Assembly: GCA_043228905.1 (NCBI GenBank) | Contig: JBHGNT010000016.1 | Coordinates: 434,001 to 498,000, forward strand | Origin: Azolla caroliniana | Taxonomy: Eukaryota > Plantae > Polypodiophyta | Length of the DNA stretch: 64,000 bases | Direction of reading: 5' to 3' | In this document: piece after piece, positions 15,001-28,846 of the stretch | How the letters are laid out: the number at the start of each line of letters is the position of its first letter | Numbering within the stretch: position 1 is the stretch's first letter | Program-made: the position numbers and the translations under genes | Notes under the pieces: generated by a model | Databases searched by the model: none | Told to the model about the DNA's origin: nothing | What the model saw: the letters and a program-made list of their open reading frames with translations, nothing else

Positions 15001-18000
15001 TCTTCTCCACTACCTCCTTAAATTTGCTAACTTCTTCATGTGTGTCGAGCTGAGTTTCAAAATCTTGATTTTTTAATTCCATATCAGAGCTAGCGTTGTT
15101 AGCTTCGATTCGCATGTTTGAACAAAGAAATGTGATATCACACGAGCCTGTTATGAACATTTTAATTTACTAACGCGCTCTTCTCCGCTACCTCCTCAAA
15201 TTTGCTAATTTCTTCATATCTCTCGAGCTGAGTTTCAAAATCCTAATTTTTTAATTCCATATCAGAGCTAGTGTTGTTAGCTTCGATTCGCATGTTTCAA
15301 CAAAGAAATCCGATATCACACGAGCCAGCTATGAACATTTTAATTTACTAACGCGCTCTTCTCCACTACCTCCTCAAATTTGCTAATTTGTTCATGTCTC
15401 TCGACCTGAGTTTCAAAATCTTGATTTTTTAATTCCATATGACAGCTAGCGTTGTTAGCTTCGATTCGCATGTTTGAACACAGAAATTCGATATCACAGG
15501 AGCTAGGTATGAACATTTTAATTTACCTACTAGCTCTTGTTAACTCCCTCCTCAAATTTGTTAATTTCTTCATGTCTCTCGATCTGAGTTACAAAATCTT
15601 GATTTTTTAATTTCATATTAGAGCTAGCGCTGTTAGCTTCGATTCACATGTTTGAACACAAAAATCCGATATCACACGAGCCACGTATGAACATTTTAAT
15701 TTACCTACTAGGTCTTGTCAACTCCCTCCTCAAATTTTCTAATTTCTTCATGTCTCTCGACCTGAGTTTCAAAATCTTGATTTTCGAATTCCATATTTGA
15801 GCTAGTGTTGTTAGCTTCGATTCGCATGTTTGAACACAGAAATTCGATATCATACGAACCAGTTATGAACATTTTAATTTACTAACGCGCTCTTGTCAAC
15901 TCCCTCCTCAAATTTGCTAATTTCTTCATGTCTCTTGACCTAAGTTTAAAATCTTGATTTTTTAATACCATATCAGAGCTAGCGTTGTTAGCTTCGATTC
16001 ACATGTTTGAACACAGAAAACCGATATCACACGAGCCAGGTATGAACATTTTAATTTCACGAACGGGCTCTTCTCCACTACCTCCTCAAATTTGCTAATT
16101 TCTTCATGTCTCTCGAGCTGAGTTTCAAAATCTTGATTGTTTAATTCCATATCAGAGCTAGCGTTGTTAGCTTCGATTCGCATGTTTGAACACAGAAATC
16201 CGATATCACACGAGCCAGGTATGAACATTTTAATTTACTAACGCGCTCTTCTCCACTACCTCCTCAAAGTTGCAAATTTCTTCATGTCTCTCGAGTTGAG
16301 TGTTAGAATCTTGATTTATTAATTCCATATCAGAGCTAGCGTTGTTAGCTTCGATTCGCATGTTTGAACACAGAAATACGATATCACACGAGCCAGGTAT
16401 GAAAATTTTAATTTACTAACGCGCTCTTCTCCACTACCTTCTGAAATTTATTAATTTCTTCATGTCTCTCGACCTAAGTTTTAAAGTCTTGATTTTCTAA
16501 TTCCATATCAGAGCTAGCGTTGTTAGCTTCGATTCACATGTTTGAACACAAAAATCCGATATCACACGAGCCTGGTATGAAGATTTTAATTTTCTAACGC
16601 GCTCTTCTCCACTACCTCCTTAAATTTGCTAATTTCTTCATGTGTGTCGAGCTGTGTTTCAAAATCTTGATTTTTTAATTCCATATCAGAGCTAGCGTTG
16701 TTAGCTTCGATTCGCATGTTTGAACAAAGAAATCTGATATCACACGAGCCTGTTATGAACATTTTAATTTACTAACGCGCTCTTCTCCGCTACCTCCTCA
16801 AATTTGCTAATTTCTTCATATCTCTCGAGCTGAGTTTCAAAATCTTAATTTTTTAATTCCATATCAGAGCTAGTGTTGTTAGCTTCGATTCGCATGTTTC
16901 AACTAAGAAATCCGATATCACACGAGCCAGCTATGAACATTTTAATTTACTAACGCGCTCTTCTCCACTACCTCCTCAAAGTTGCTAATTTGTTCATGTC
17001 TCTCGACCTGAGTTTCAAAATCTTGATTTTTTAATTCCATATTAGAGCTTGCGTTGTTAGCTTCGATTCGCATGTTTGAACACAGAAATCCGATATCACA
17101 CGAGCCAGGTATGAACATTTTAATTTACGTACTAGCGCTTGTCAACTCCCTCCTCAAATTTACTAATTTCTTCATGTCTCTCGAGCTGAGTTTCAAAATC
17201 TTGATTTTTTAATTCCATATCAGAGCTAGCGTTGTTAGCTTCGATTCGCATGTTTGAACAAAGAAATCCGATATCACACGAGCCAGCTATGAACATTTTA
17301 ATTTACTAACGCGCTCTTGTCAACTCTCCTCACATTTGCTAATTTATTCATGCCTCTCGACCTGAGTTTCAAAATCATGATTTTATAATTCCATATCAGA
17401 GCTAGCGTTGTTAACTTCGATTCGCATGTTTGAACACAAAAATCCGATATCACACGAGCCAGGTATGAACATTTTAATTTACTAATGCGCTCTTGTCAAC
17501 TCCCTCCTCAAATTTACTAATTTCTTCATGTCTCTCGAGCTGAGTTTCAAAATCTTGATTTTCTAATTCCATATCAGAGCTAGCGTTGTTAGCTTCGAGT
17601 CGCATGTTTGAACAAAGAAATCCGATATTACACGAGCCAGCTATGAACATTTTAATTTACTAACGCGCTCTTCTCCACTACCTCCTTAACTTTGCTAATT
17701 TCTTCATGTGTGTCGAGCTGAGTTTCAAAATCTTGATTTTTTAATTCCATATCAGAGCTAGCGTTGTTAGCTTCGATTCGCATGTTTGAACAAAGAAATC
17801 TGATATCACACGAGCCTGTTATGAACATTTTAATTTACTAACGCGCTCTTCTCCGCTACCTCCTCAAATTTGCTAATTTCTTCATATCTCTCGAGCTGAG
17901 TTTCAAAATCTTAATTTTTTAATTCCATATCAGAGCTAGTGTTGTTAGCTTCGATTCGCATGTTTCAACAAAGAAATCCGATATCACACGAGCCTGGTAT

Positions 18001-21000
18001 GAAGATTTTAATTTTCTAACGCGCTCTTCTCCACTACCTCCTTAAGTTTGCTAATTTCCTCATGTGTGTCGACCTGAGTTTCAAAATCTTGATTTTTTAA
18101 TTCCATATCACAGCAAGTGTTGTTAGCTTCGATTCACATGTCTGAACACAGAAATCCGATATCACACGAGCCAGCTATGAACATTTTAATTTACTAACGC
18201 GCTCTTCTCCACTACCTCCTCAAATTTGCTAATTTCTTCATGTCTCTCGACCTGAGTTTCAAAATCTTGATTTTTTAATTCCATATCAGAAGTAGCGTTG
18301 TTAACTTCGATTCGCATGTTTGAACACAAAAATCCGATATCACACGAGCCAGGTATGAACATTTTAAGTTACTAATGCGCTCTTCTCCACTACCTCCTTA
18401 AATTTGCTAATTTGTTCATGTCTCTCGACCTGAGTTTCAAAATCTTGATTTTTTAATTCCATATCAGACCTAGCGTTGTTAGCTTCGATTCGCATGTTTG
18501 AACACAAAAATCCGATATCACACGAGCCAGGTATGAACATTTTAATTTACTAATGCGCTCTTGATAACTCCCTCCTCAAATTTACTAAATTCTTTCACGT
18601 CTCTCGAGCTGAGTTTCAAAATCTTGATTTTTTAATTCCATATCAGACCTAGCGTTGTTATCTTCGATTCGCATGTTTGAACAAAGAAATCCGATATCAC
18701 ACGAGCCACGTATGAACATTTTAATTTACCAACGCGCTCTTCGCCACTACCTCCTTAAATTTGCTAATTTCTTCATGTGTGTCGAGCTACGTTTCAAAAT
18801 CTTGATTTTTTAATTCCATATTAGAGCTAGTGTTCTTAGCTTCGATTCGCATGTTTGAACACAGAAATTCGATATCACACGAACCAGTTATGAACATTTT
18901 AATTTACTAACGCACTCTTCTCCACTACCTCCTTAAATTTGCTAATTTCTTCATGTGTGTCGAGCTGATTTTCAAAATCTTAATTTTCTAATTCCATATC
19001 AGAGCTAGCGTTGTTAACTTCGATTCGCATGTTTGAACACAAAAACCCGATATCACACGAGCCAGGTATGAACATTTTAATTTACCTACTAGCTCTTGTT
19101 AACTCCCTCCTCAAATTTGTTAATTTCTTCATGTCTCTCGATCTGAAATACAAAATCTTGATTTATTAATTCCATATCAGAGCTAGCGTTGTTAGCTTCG
19201 ATTCGCATGTTTCAACACAAAAACCCGATATCACACGAGCCAGGTATGAACATTTTAATTTACTAACGCGCTCTTTTCAACTCTCTCCTCAAATTTGTTA
19301 ATTTCTTCATGTCTCTCGACCTGAGTTTCAAAATCTTGATTTTTTAATTCCATATTAGAGCTTGCGTTGTTAGTTTCGATTCGCATGTTTGAACACAGAA
19401 ATCCGATATCACACGACCCAGGTATGAACATTTTAATTTACTAACGCGCTCTTCTCCACTACCTCCTCAAAGTTGCTAATTTCTTCATGTGTGTCGAGCT
19501 GAGTTTTAGAATCTTGATTTATTAATTCCATATCAGAGCTAACGTTGTTAGCCTCGATTCGCATGTTTCAACACAAAAACCCGATATCACACGAGCCAGG
19601 TATGAACATTTTAATTTACTAACGCGCTCTTGTCAACTCTCTCCTCACATTTGCTAATTTCTTCATGTCTCTCGAGCTGAGTTTTAGAATCTTGATTTAA
19701 TAATTCCATATCAGAGCTAGCGTTGTTAGCTTCGATTCGCATGTTTGAACACAAAAACCCGATATCACACGAGCCAGGTATGAACATTTTAATTTACTAA
19801 CGCGCTCTTGTCAACTCTCTCCTCAAATTTGTTAATTTCTTCATGTCTCTCGACCTGAGTTTCAAAATCTTGATTTTTTAATTCCATATTAGAGCTAGTG
19901 TTGTTAGCTTCGATTCGCATGTTTGAACACAGAAATCCGATATCACACGAGCTAGGTATGAACATTTTAATTTACTAACGCGCTCTTCTCCACTACCTCC
20001 TTAAATTTGCTAATTTCTTCATGTGTGTCGAGCTGAGTTTTAGAATCTTGATTTATTAATTCCATATCAGAGCTAGCGTTGTTAGCTTCGATTCGCATGT
20101 TTCAACACAAAAACCCGATATCACACGAGCCAGGTATGAACATTTTACTTTACTAACGCGCTCTTGTCAACTCTCTCCTCACATTTACTAATTTCTTCAT
20201 TTCTCTGGACCTGAGTTTCAAAATCTTGATTATTTAATTCCATATCAGAACTAGCGTTGTTAGCTTCGATTCGCATGTTTGAACACAAAAATCCGATATC
20301 ACACGAGCCTGGTATGAACATTTTAATTTACTAACGCGCTCTTCTCCACTACCTCCTCAAATTTGCTAATTTCTTCATGTCTCTCGAGCTGAGTTTTAGA
20401 ATCCTGATTTATTAATTTCATATCGGAGCTAGCGTTGTTAGCTTCGATTCGCATGTTTGAATACAGAAATCCGATATCACACGAGCCAGGTATGAACATT
20501 TTAATTTACTAACGCGCTCTTCTCCACTACCTCCTCAAATTTGCTAATTTCTTCATGTCTCTCGAGCTGAGTTTCAAAATCTTGATTTTTTATTACCATA
20601 TCACAGCTAGCGTTGTTAGCTTCGATTCGCATGTTTGAACACAGAAATCCGATGTCACACGTGCCAGGTATGAAAATTTTAATTTACTAATGCGCTTTTC
20701 TCCACTACCTTCTGAAATTTATTAATTTCTTCATGTCTCTCGACCTAAGGTATAAAGTCTTGATTTTCTAATTCCATATCAGAGCTAGCGTTGTTAGCTT
20801 CGATTCACATGTTTGAACACAAAAATCCGATATCACACGAGCCTGGTATGAAGATTTTAATTTTCTAACGCGCTCTTCTCCACTACCTCCTTAAGTTTGC
20901 TAATTTCCTCATGTGTGTCAACCTGAGTTTCAAAATCTTGATTTTTTAATTCCATATCACAGCAAGTGTTGTTAGCTTCGATTCACATGTTTGAACACAG

Positions 21001-24000
21001 AAATCCGATATCACACGAGCCAGCTATGAACATTTTAATTTACTAACGCGCTCTTCTCCACTACCTCCTCAAATTTGCTAATTTCTTAGTGTCTCTCGAC
21101 CTGAGTTTCAAAATCTTGATTTTTTAATTCCATATCAGAGGTAGCGTTGTTAACTTCGATTCGCAAGTTTGAACACAAAAATCCGATATCACACGAGCCA
21201 GGTATGAACATTTTAATTTACTAATGCGCTCTTGTCAACTCCCTCCTCAAATTTACTAAATTCTTTCACGTCTCTCGAGCTGAGTTTCAAAATCTTGATT
21301 TTTTAATTCCATATCAGAGCTAGCGTTGTTATCTTCGATTCGCATGTTTAATTTACTAACGCGCTCTTCTCTACTACCTCCTCAAATTTGCTAATTTTGT
21401 TCATGTCTCTCGAGCTGAGTTTTAGAATCTTGATTTAATAATTCCATATCAGAGCTAGCGTTGTTAGCTTCGATTCGCATGTTTCAACACAAAAACCCGA
21501 TATCACACGAGCCAGGTATGAACATTTTAATTTACTAACGCGCTCTTGTCAACTCTCTCCTCACATTTGCTAATTTCTTCATGTCTCTCGACCGGAGTTT
21601 CAAAATCTTGATTTTTTAATTCCATATTAGAGCTAGCGTTGTTAGCTTCGATTCGCATGGTTGAACACAGAAATCCGATATCACACGAGCCAGTTATGAA
21701 CATTTTAATTTACTAACGCGCTCTTCTCCACTACCTCCTTAAATTTGCTAATTTCTTCATGTGTGTCGAGCTGAGTTTTAGAATCTTGATTTATTAATTC
21801 CATATCAGAGCTAGCGTTGTTAGCTTCGATTCGCATGTTTCAACACAAAAACCCGATATCACACGAGCCAGGCATGAACATTTTAATTTACTAACGCGCT
21901 CTTGTCAACTCTCTCCTCACATTTGCTAATTTCTTCATGTCTCTCGACCTGAGTTTCAAAATCTCGATTTTTTAATTCCATATTAGAGCTAGCGTTGTTA
22001 TCTTCGATTCGCATGTTTGAACAAAGAAATCCGATATCACACGAGCCAGGTATGAACATTTTCATTTACTAACGCGCTCTTCTCTACTACCTCCTCAAAT
22101 TTGCTAATTTCTTCATGTCTCTCGAGCGGAGTTTTAGAATCTTGATTTAATAATTCCATATCAGAGCTAGCGTTGTTAGCTTGGATTCGCATGTTTCAAC
22201 ACAAAAACCCGATATCACACGAGCCAGGTATGAACATTTTAATTTACTAACGCGCTCTTGTCAACTCTCTCCTCAAATTTGTTAATTTCTTCATGTCTCT
22301 CGACCTGAGTTTCAAAATCTTGATTTTTTAATTTCATATTAGAGCTAGTGTTGTTAGCTTCGATTCGCATGTTTGAACACAGAAATCCGATATCACACGA
22401 CCCAGGTATGAACAGTTTAATTTACTAACGCGCTCTTCTCCACTACCTCCTTAAATTTGCTAATTTCTTCATGTGTGTCGAGCTGAGTTTTAGAATCTTG
22501 ATTTATTAATTCCATATCAGAGCTAGCGTTGTTAGCTTCGATTCGCATGTTTCAACACAAAAACCCAATATCACACGAGCCAGGTATGAACATTTTAATT
22601 TACTAACGCGCTCTTGTCAACTCTCTCCTCACATTTACTAATTTCTTCATTTCTCTGGACCTGAGTTTCAAAATCTTGATTATTTAATTCCATATCAGAG
22701 CTAGCGTTGTTATCTTCGATTCGCATGTTTGCACACAAAAATCCGATATCACACGAGCCTGGTATGAACATTTTAATTTACCAACGCGCTCTTCTCCACT
22801 ACCTCCTCAAATTTGCTAATTTCTTCATGTCTCTCGAGCTGAGTTTTAGAATCCTGATTTATTAATTTCATATCGGAGCTAGCGTTGTTAGCTTCGATTC
22901 GCATGTTTGAATACAGAAATCCGATATCACACGAGCCAGGTATGAACATTTTAATTTACTAACGCGCTCTTCTCCACTACCTCCTCAAATTTGCTAATTT
23001 CTTCATGTCTCTCGAGCTGAGTTTCAAAATCTTGATTTTTTATTACCATATCACAGCTAGCGTTGTTAGCTTCGATTCGCATGTTTGAACACAGAAATCC
23101 GATGTCACACGAGCCAGGTATGAAAATTTTAATTTACTAATGCGCTCTTCTCCACTACCTTCTGAAATTTATTAATTTCTTCATGTCTCTCGACCTAAGT
23201 TATAAAGTCTTGATTTTCTAATTCCATATCAGAGCTAGCGTTGTTAGCTTCGATTCACATGTTTGAACACAAAAATCCGATATCACACGAGCCTGGTATG
23301 AAGATTTTAATTTTCTAACGCGCTCTTCTCCACTACCTCCTTAAGTTTGCTAATTTCCTCATGTGTGTCGACCTGAGTTTCAAAATCTTGATTTTTTAAT
23401 TCCATATCACAGCAAGTGTTGTTAGCTTCGATTCACATGTTTGAACACAGAAATCCGATATCACACGAGCCAGCTATGAACATTTTAATTTACTAACGCG
23501 CTCTTCTCCACTACCTCCTCAAATTTGCTCATTTCTTCATGTCTCTCGACCTGAGTTTCAAAATCTTGATTTTTTAATTCCATATCAGAGGTAGCGTTGT
23601 TAACTTCAATTCGCATGTTTGAACACAAAAATCCGATATCACACGAGCCAGGTATGAACATTTTACTTTACTAATGCGCTCTTGTCAACTCCCTCCTCAA
23701 AATCTTGATTTTTTAATTCCATATCACAGCAAGTGTTGTTAGCTTCGATTCACATGTTTGAACACAGAAATCCGATATCACACGAACCAGCTATGAACAT
23801 TTTAATTTACTAACGCGCTCTTCTCCACTACCTCCTCAAATTTGCTAATTTCTTCATGTCTCTCGACCTGAGTTTCAAAATCTTGATTTTTTAATTCCAT
23901 ATCAGAGGTAGCGTTGTTAACTTCAATTCGCATGTTTGAACACAAAAATCCGATATCACACGAGCCAGGTATGAACATTTTACTTTACTAATGCGCTCTT

Positions 24001-27000
24001 GTCAACTCCCTCCTCAAATTTACTAAATTCTTTCACGTCTCTCGAGCTGAGTTTCAAAATCATGATTTTTTAATTCCATATCAGAGCTAGCGTTGTTATC
24101 TTCGATTCGCATGTTTGAACAAAGAAATCCGATATCACACGAGCCAGGTATGACCATTTTAATTTACTAACGCGCTCTTCTCTACTACCTCCTCAAATTT
24201 GCTAATTTCTTCATGTGTGTCGAGCTGAGTTTCAAAATCTTGATTTTTTAATTCCATATCAGAGCTAGCGTTGTTAACTTCGATTCGCATGTTTGAACAC
24301 AAAAATTCGATATCACACGAGCCAGGTATGAACATTTTAATTTACTAATGCGCTCTTGTCAACTCCCTCCTCAAATTTACTAATTTCTTCATGTCTCTCG
24401 AGCTGAGTTTCAAAATCTTGATTTTTTAATTCCATATTAGAGCTAGCGTTGTTAGCTTCGATTCGCATGTTTGAACACAGAAATCCGATATCACACGAGC
24501 CAGTTATGAACATTTTAATTTACTAACGCGTTCTTCTCCACTACCTCCTTAAATTTGCTAATTTCTTCATGTGTGTCGAGCTGAGTTTTAGAATCTTGAT
24601 TTATTAATTCCATATCAGAGCTAGCGTTGTTAGCTTCGATTCGCATGTTTCAACACAAAAACCCGATATCACACGAGCCAGGCATGAACCTTTGAATTTA
24701 CTCACGCGCTCTGGTCAACTCTCTCCTCACATTTGCTAATTTCTTCATGTCTCTCGACCTGAGTTTCAAAATCTTGATTTTTTAATTCCATATCAGAGCT
24801 AGCGTTGTTAACTTCGATTCGCATGTTCGAACACAAAAATCCGATATCACACGAGCCAGGTATGAACATTTTAATTTACTAATGCGCTCTTGTCAACTCC
24901 CTCCTCAAATTTACTAAATTCTTTCACGTCTCTCGAGCTGAGTTTCAAAATCTTGATTTTTTAATTCCATATCAGAGCTAGCGTTGTTATCTTCGATTCG
25001 CATGTTTGAACAAAGAAATCCGATATCACACGAGCCAGCTATGAACATTTTAATTTACCAACGCGCTCTTCTCCACTACCTCCTCAACTTTGCTAATTTC
25101 TTCATGTGTCTCGAGCTGAGTTTTAGAATCTTGATTTATTAATGCCATATCAGAGCTAGCGTTGTTAGCTTCGATTCGCATGTTTCAACACAAAAACCCG
25201 ATATCACACGAACCAGGTATGAACATTTTAATTTACTAACGCGCTCTTCTCAACTACCTCCTCAAATTTGCTAATTTCTTCATGTGTGTCGACCTGAGTA
25301 TCAAAATCTTGATTTTTTAATTCCATATCACAGCAAGCGTTGTTAGCTTCGATTCGCATGTTTGAACACAGAAATCCGATATCACATGAGCCAGGTATGA
25401 ACATTTTAATTTACCTACTAGCTCTTGTTAACTCCCTCCTCAAATTTGTTAATTTCTTCATGTCTCTCGACCTGAGTTTCAAAATCTATATTTTTTAATT
25501 CCATATTAGAGCTAGTGTTGTTAGCTTTTATTCGCATGTTTGAACACAGAAATTCGATATCACACGAACCAGTTATGAACATTTTAATTTAGTAACGCAC
25601 TCTTCTCCACTACCTCCTTAAATTTGCTAATTTCTTCATGTGTGTCGAGCTGAGTTTCAAAATCTTGATTTTTTAATTCCATATCAGAGCTAGCGTTGTT
25701 AGCTTCGATTCGCATGTTTGAACACAGAAATCCGATATCACACGAGCGAGGTATGAACAATTTAATTTACTAACGCGCTCTTCTTCACTACCTCTTCAAA
25801 TTTGCTAATTTCTTCATGTCTCTCGAGCTGAGTTTTAGAATCTTGATTTATTAATTCCATATCACAGCAAGCGTTGTTAGCTTCGATTCACATGTTTGAA
25901 CACAGAAATCCGATATCACACGAGCCAGCTATCAACATTTTAATTTACTAACACGCTCTTCTCTACTACCTCCTCCAATTTGGTAATTTCTTCATGTCTC
26001 TCGAGCTGAGTTTTAGAATCTTGATTTATTAATTCCATATCAGAGCTAGCGTTGTTAGCTTCGATTCCAATGTTTCAACACAAAAACCCGATATCACACG
26101 AGCCAGGTATGACCATTTTAATTTACTAACGCGGTCTTGTCAACTCCCTCCTCAAATTTGCTAATTTCTTCATGTCTCTCGAGCTGAGTTTCAAAATCTT
26201 GATTTTTTAATTCCATATTAGAGCTAGTGTTGTTAGCTTCGATTCCCATGTTTGAACACAGAAATTCGATATCACACGAACCAGTTATGAACATTTTAAT
26301 TTACTAACGCGTTCTCCTCCACTACCTCCTCAAATTTATTAATTTCTTCATGTCTCTCGAGCTGAGTTTCAAAATCTTGATTTTTTAATTCCATATTAGA
26401 GCTAGTGTTGTTAGCTTCGATTCACATGTTTGAACACAGAAATTCGATATCACACGAACCAGTTATGAACATTTTAATTTTCTAACGGGCTCTTGTACAC
26501 TACCTCCTCAAATTTGCTAATTTCTTCATGTGTGTCGAGCTGAGTTTCAAAATCTTGATTTTTTAATTCCATATCAGAGCTAGCGTTGTTAGCTTCGATT
26601 CGCATGTTTCAACATAAAAACCCGATATCACACGAGCCAGGTATGAACATTTTAATTTACTAACTCGCTCTTGTCAACTCCCTCCTCAAATTTGCTAATT
26701 TCTTCATGTCTCTCGAGCTGAGTTTCAAAATCTTGATTTTTTAATTCCATATTAGAGCTAGCGTTGTTAGCTTCGATTCGCATGTTTGAACACAGAAATC
26801 CGATATCACACGAGCCAGCTATGAACATTTTAATTTTGATTTTTTAATTCCATATCATAGCTAGCGTTGTTAGCTTCGATTTGCATATTTAAACATAGAA
26901 ATCCGATATCACACGAGCCAGGTATGAAAATTTTAATTTACTCACGCGCTCTTCTCCACTACCTTCTGAAATTTGCTAATTTCTTCATTTCTCTCGACAT

Positions 27001-28806
27001 AAGTTTCAAAGTCTTGATTTTCTAATTTCATATCAGAGCTAGCGTTTCTTCATGTCTCTCGAGCTGAGTTTTAGAATCTTGATTTATTAATTCCATATCA
27101 GAGCTAGCGTTGTTAGCTTCGATTCGCATGTTTCAACACAAAAACCCGATATCACACGAGCCAGGTATGAACATTTTAATTTACTAACGCGCTCGTGTCA
27201 ACTCTCTCCTCACATTTACTAATTTCTTCATTTCTCTGGACTTGAGTTTCAAAATCTTGATTATTTAATTCCATATCAGAGCTAGCGTTGTTAGCTTCGA
27301 TTCGCATGTTTGAACACAGAAATCCGATATCACACGAGCCTGGTATGAACATTTTAATTTACTCACGCGCTCTGGTCAACTCTCTCCTCACATTTGCTAA
27401 TTTCTTCATGTCTCTCGACCTGAGTTTCAAAATCTTGATTTTTTAATTCCATATCAGAGCTAGCGTTGTTAACTTCGATTCGCATGTTCGAACACAAAAA
27501 TCCGATATCACACGAGCCAGGTATGAACATTTTAATTTACTAACGCGCTCTTGTCAACTCTCTCCTCACATTTGCTAATTTCTTCATTTCTCTCGACCTG
27601 AGTTTCAAAATCTTGATTATTTAATTCCATATCAGAGCTAGCGTTGTTAGCTTCGATTCGCATGTTTGAACACAAAAATCCGATATTACACGAGCCTGGT
27701 ATGAACATTTTAATTTACTAACGCGCTCTTCTCCACTACCTCCTCAAATTTGCTAATTTCTTCATGTCTCTCGAGCTGAGTTTTAGAATCCTGATTTATT
27801 AATTTCATATCAGAGCTAGCGTTGTTAGCTTCGATTCGCATGTTTCAACATAAAAACCCGATATCACACGAGCCAGGTATGAACATTTTAATTTACTAAC
27901 TCGCTCTTGTCAACTCCCTCCTCAAATTTGCTAATTTCTTCATGTCTCTCGAGCTGAGTTTCAAAATGTTGATTTTTTAAATCCATATTAGAGCTAGTGT
28001 TGTTAGCTTCGATTCGCATGTTTGAACACAGAAATTCGACATCACGCGAACCAGTTATGAACATTTTAATTTACTAACGCGCTCTTCTCCACTACCTCCT
28101 TAAATTTGCTAATTTCTTCATGTGTGTCGAACTGAGTTTCGAAATCTTGATTTTTTAATTCCATATCAGAGCTAGCGTTGTTAGCTTCGATTCGCATGTT
28201 TGAACAAGGAAATCCGATATCACACGAGCCAGCTATGAACATTTTAATTTACTAACGCGCTCTTCTCCACTACCTCCTCAAATTTGCTAATTTCTTCATG
28301 TCTCTCGAGCTGAGTTTTAGAATCTTGATTTATTATTTCCATATCAGAGCTAGCGTTGTTAGCTTCGATTCGCATGTTTCAACACAAAAACCCGATATCA
28401 CACGAGCCAGGTATGAACATTTTAATTTACTAACGCGCTCTTCTCCACTACCTCCTCAAATTTGCTAATTTCTTCATGTCTCTCGACCTGAGTTTCAAAA
28501 TCTTGATTTTCTAATTGCATATAAGAGCTAGCGTTGTTAACTTCGATTCGCATGTTTGAGCACAAAAACCCGATATCACACGAGCCAGGTATGAACATTT
28601 TAATTTACCTACCAGCTCTTGTTAACTCCCTCCTCAAATTTGTTAATTTCTTCATGTCTCTCGATCTGAGATACAAAATCTTGATTTTTTAATTCCATAT
28701 TAGAGCTAGCGTTGTTAGTTTCGATTCGCATGTTTGAACACAGAAATCCGATATCACATGAGCCAAGTATGAACATTTTAATTTACCTACTAGCTCTTGT
28801 TAACTC
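1..28806. repeat. 178-bp tandem satellite array, left arm (centromere-like monomer length)
   Basis: Head-to-tail monomers with approximate consensus GCTAGCGTTGTTAGCTTCGATTCGCATGTTTGAACACAAAAATCCGATATCACACGAGCCAGGTATGAACATTTTAATTTAC...CTCCTCAAATTTGCTAATTTCTTCATGTCTCTCGACCTGAGTTTCAAAATCTTGATTTTTTAATTCCATATCAGA. Period is 178 bp, all in one orientation. Centromeric function is inferred only from monomer size and context. Confidence 0.97.
2965..7270. repeat. Higher-order repeat, 12 monomers (2134 bp), about 2 copies
   Basis: Diagnostic variants recur at offset 2134: spurious ORFs 4270 and 6404, TATATGTATATTAG near 3181 and 5315, CCTATGTTTC at 4757 and 6891. 2134 = 12x178-2. Boundaries are approximate. 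Confidence 0.8.
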
Positions 28807-28846
28807 TGTTGAACACGGTGCTCGGCCACAACCGAGGAATAGGATC
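28807..28846 (-). repeat. 40-bp remnant of the copia 3' LTR (U5 end)
   Basis: TGTTGAACACGGTGCTCGGCCACAACCGAGGAATAGGATC is identical to 32030-32069, then switches directly into RT coding sequence. Confidence 0.95.

Noticed and set aside
28680-28816. Satellite words TATCAGAGC (PBS-like) and TGTTTGAACAC (like the copia LTR end TGTTGAACAC)
   Set aside because: Matches are only 9-10 nt, lack the TGG of a PBS, and the insertion site is elsewhere in the monomer. They are probably coincidental.
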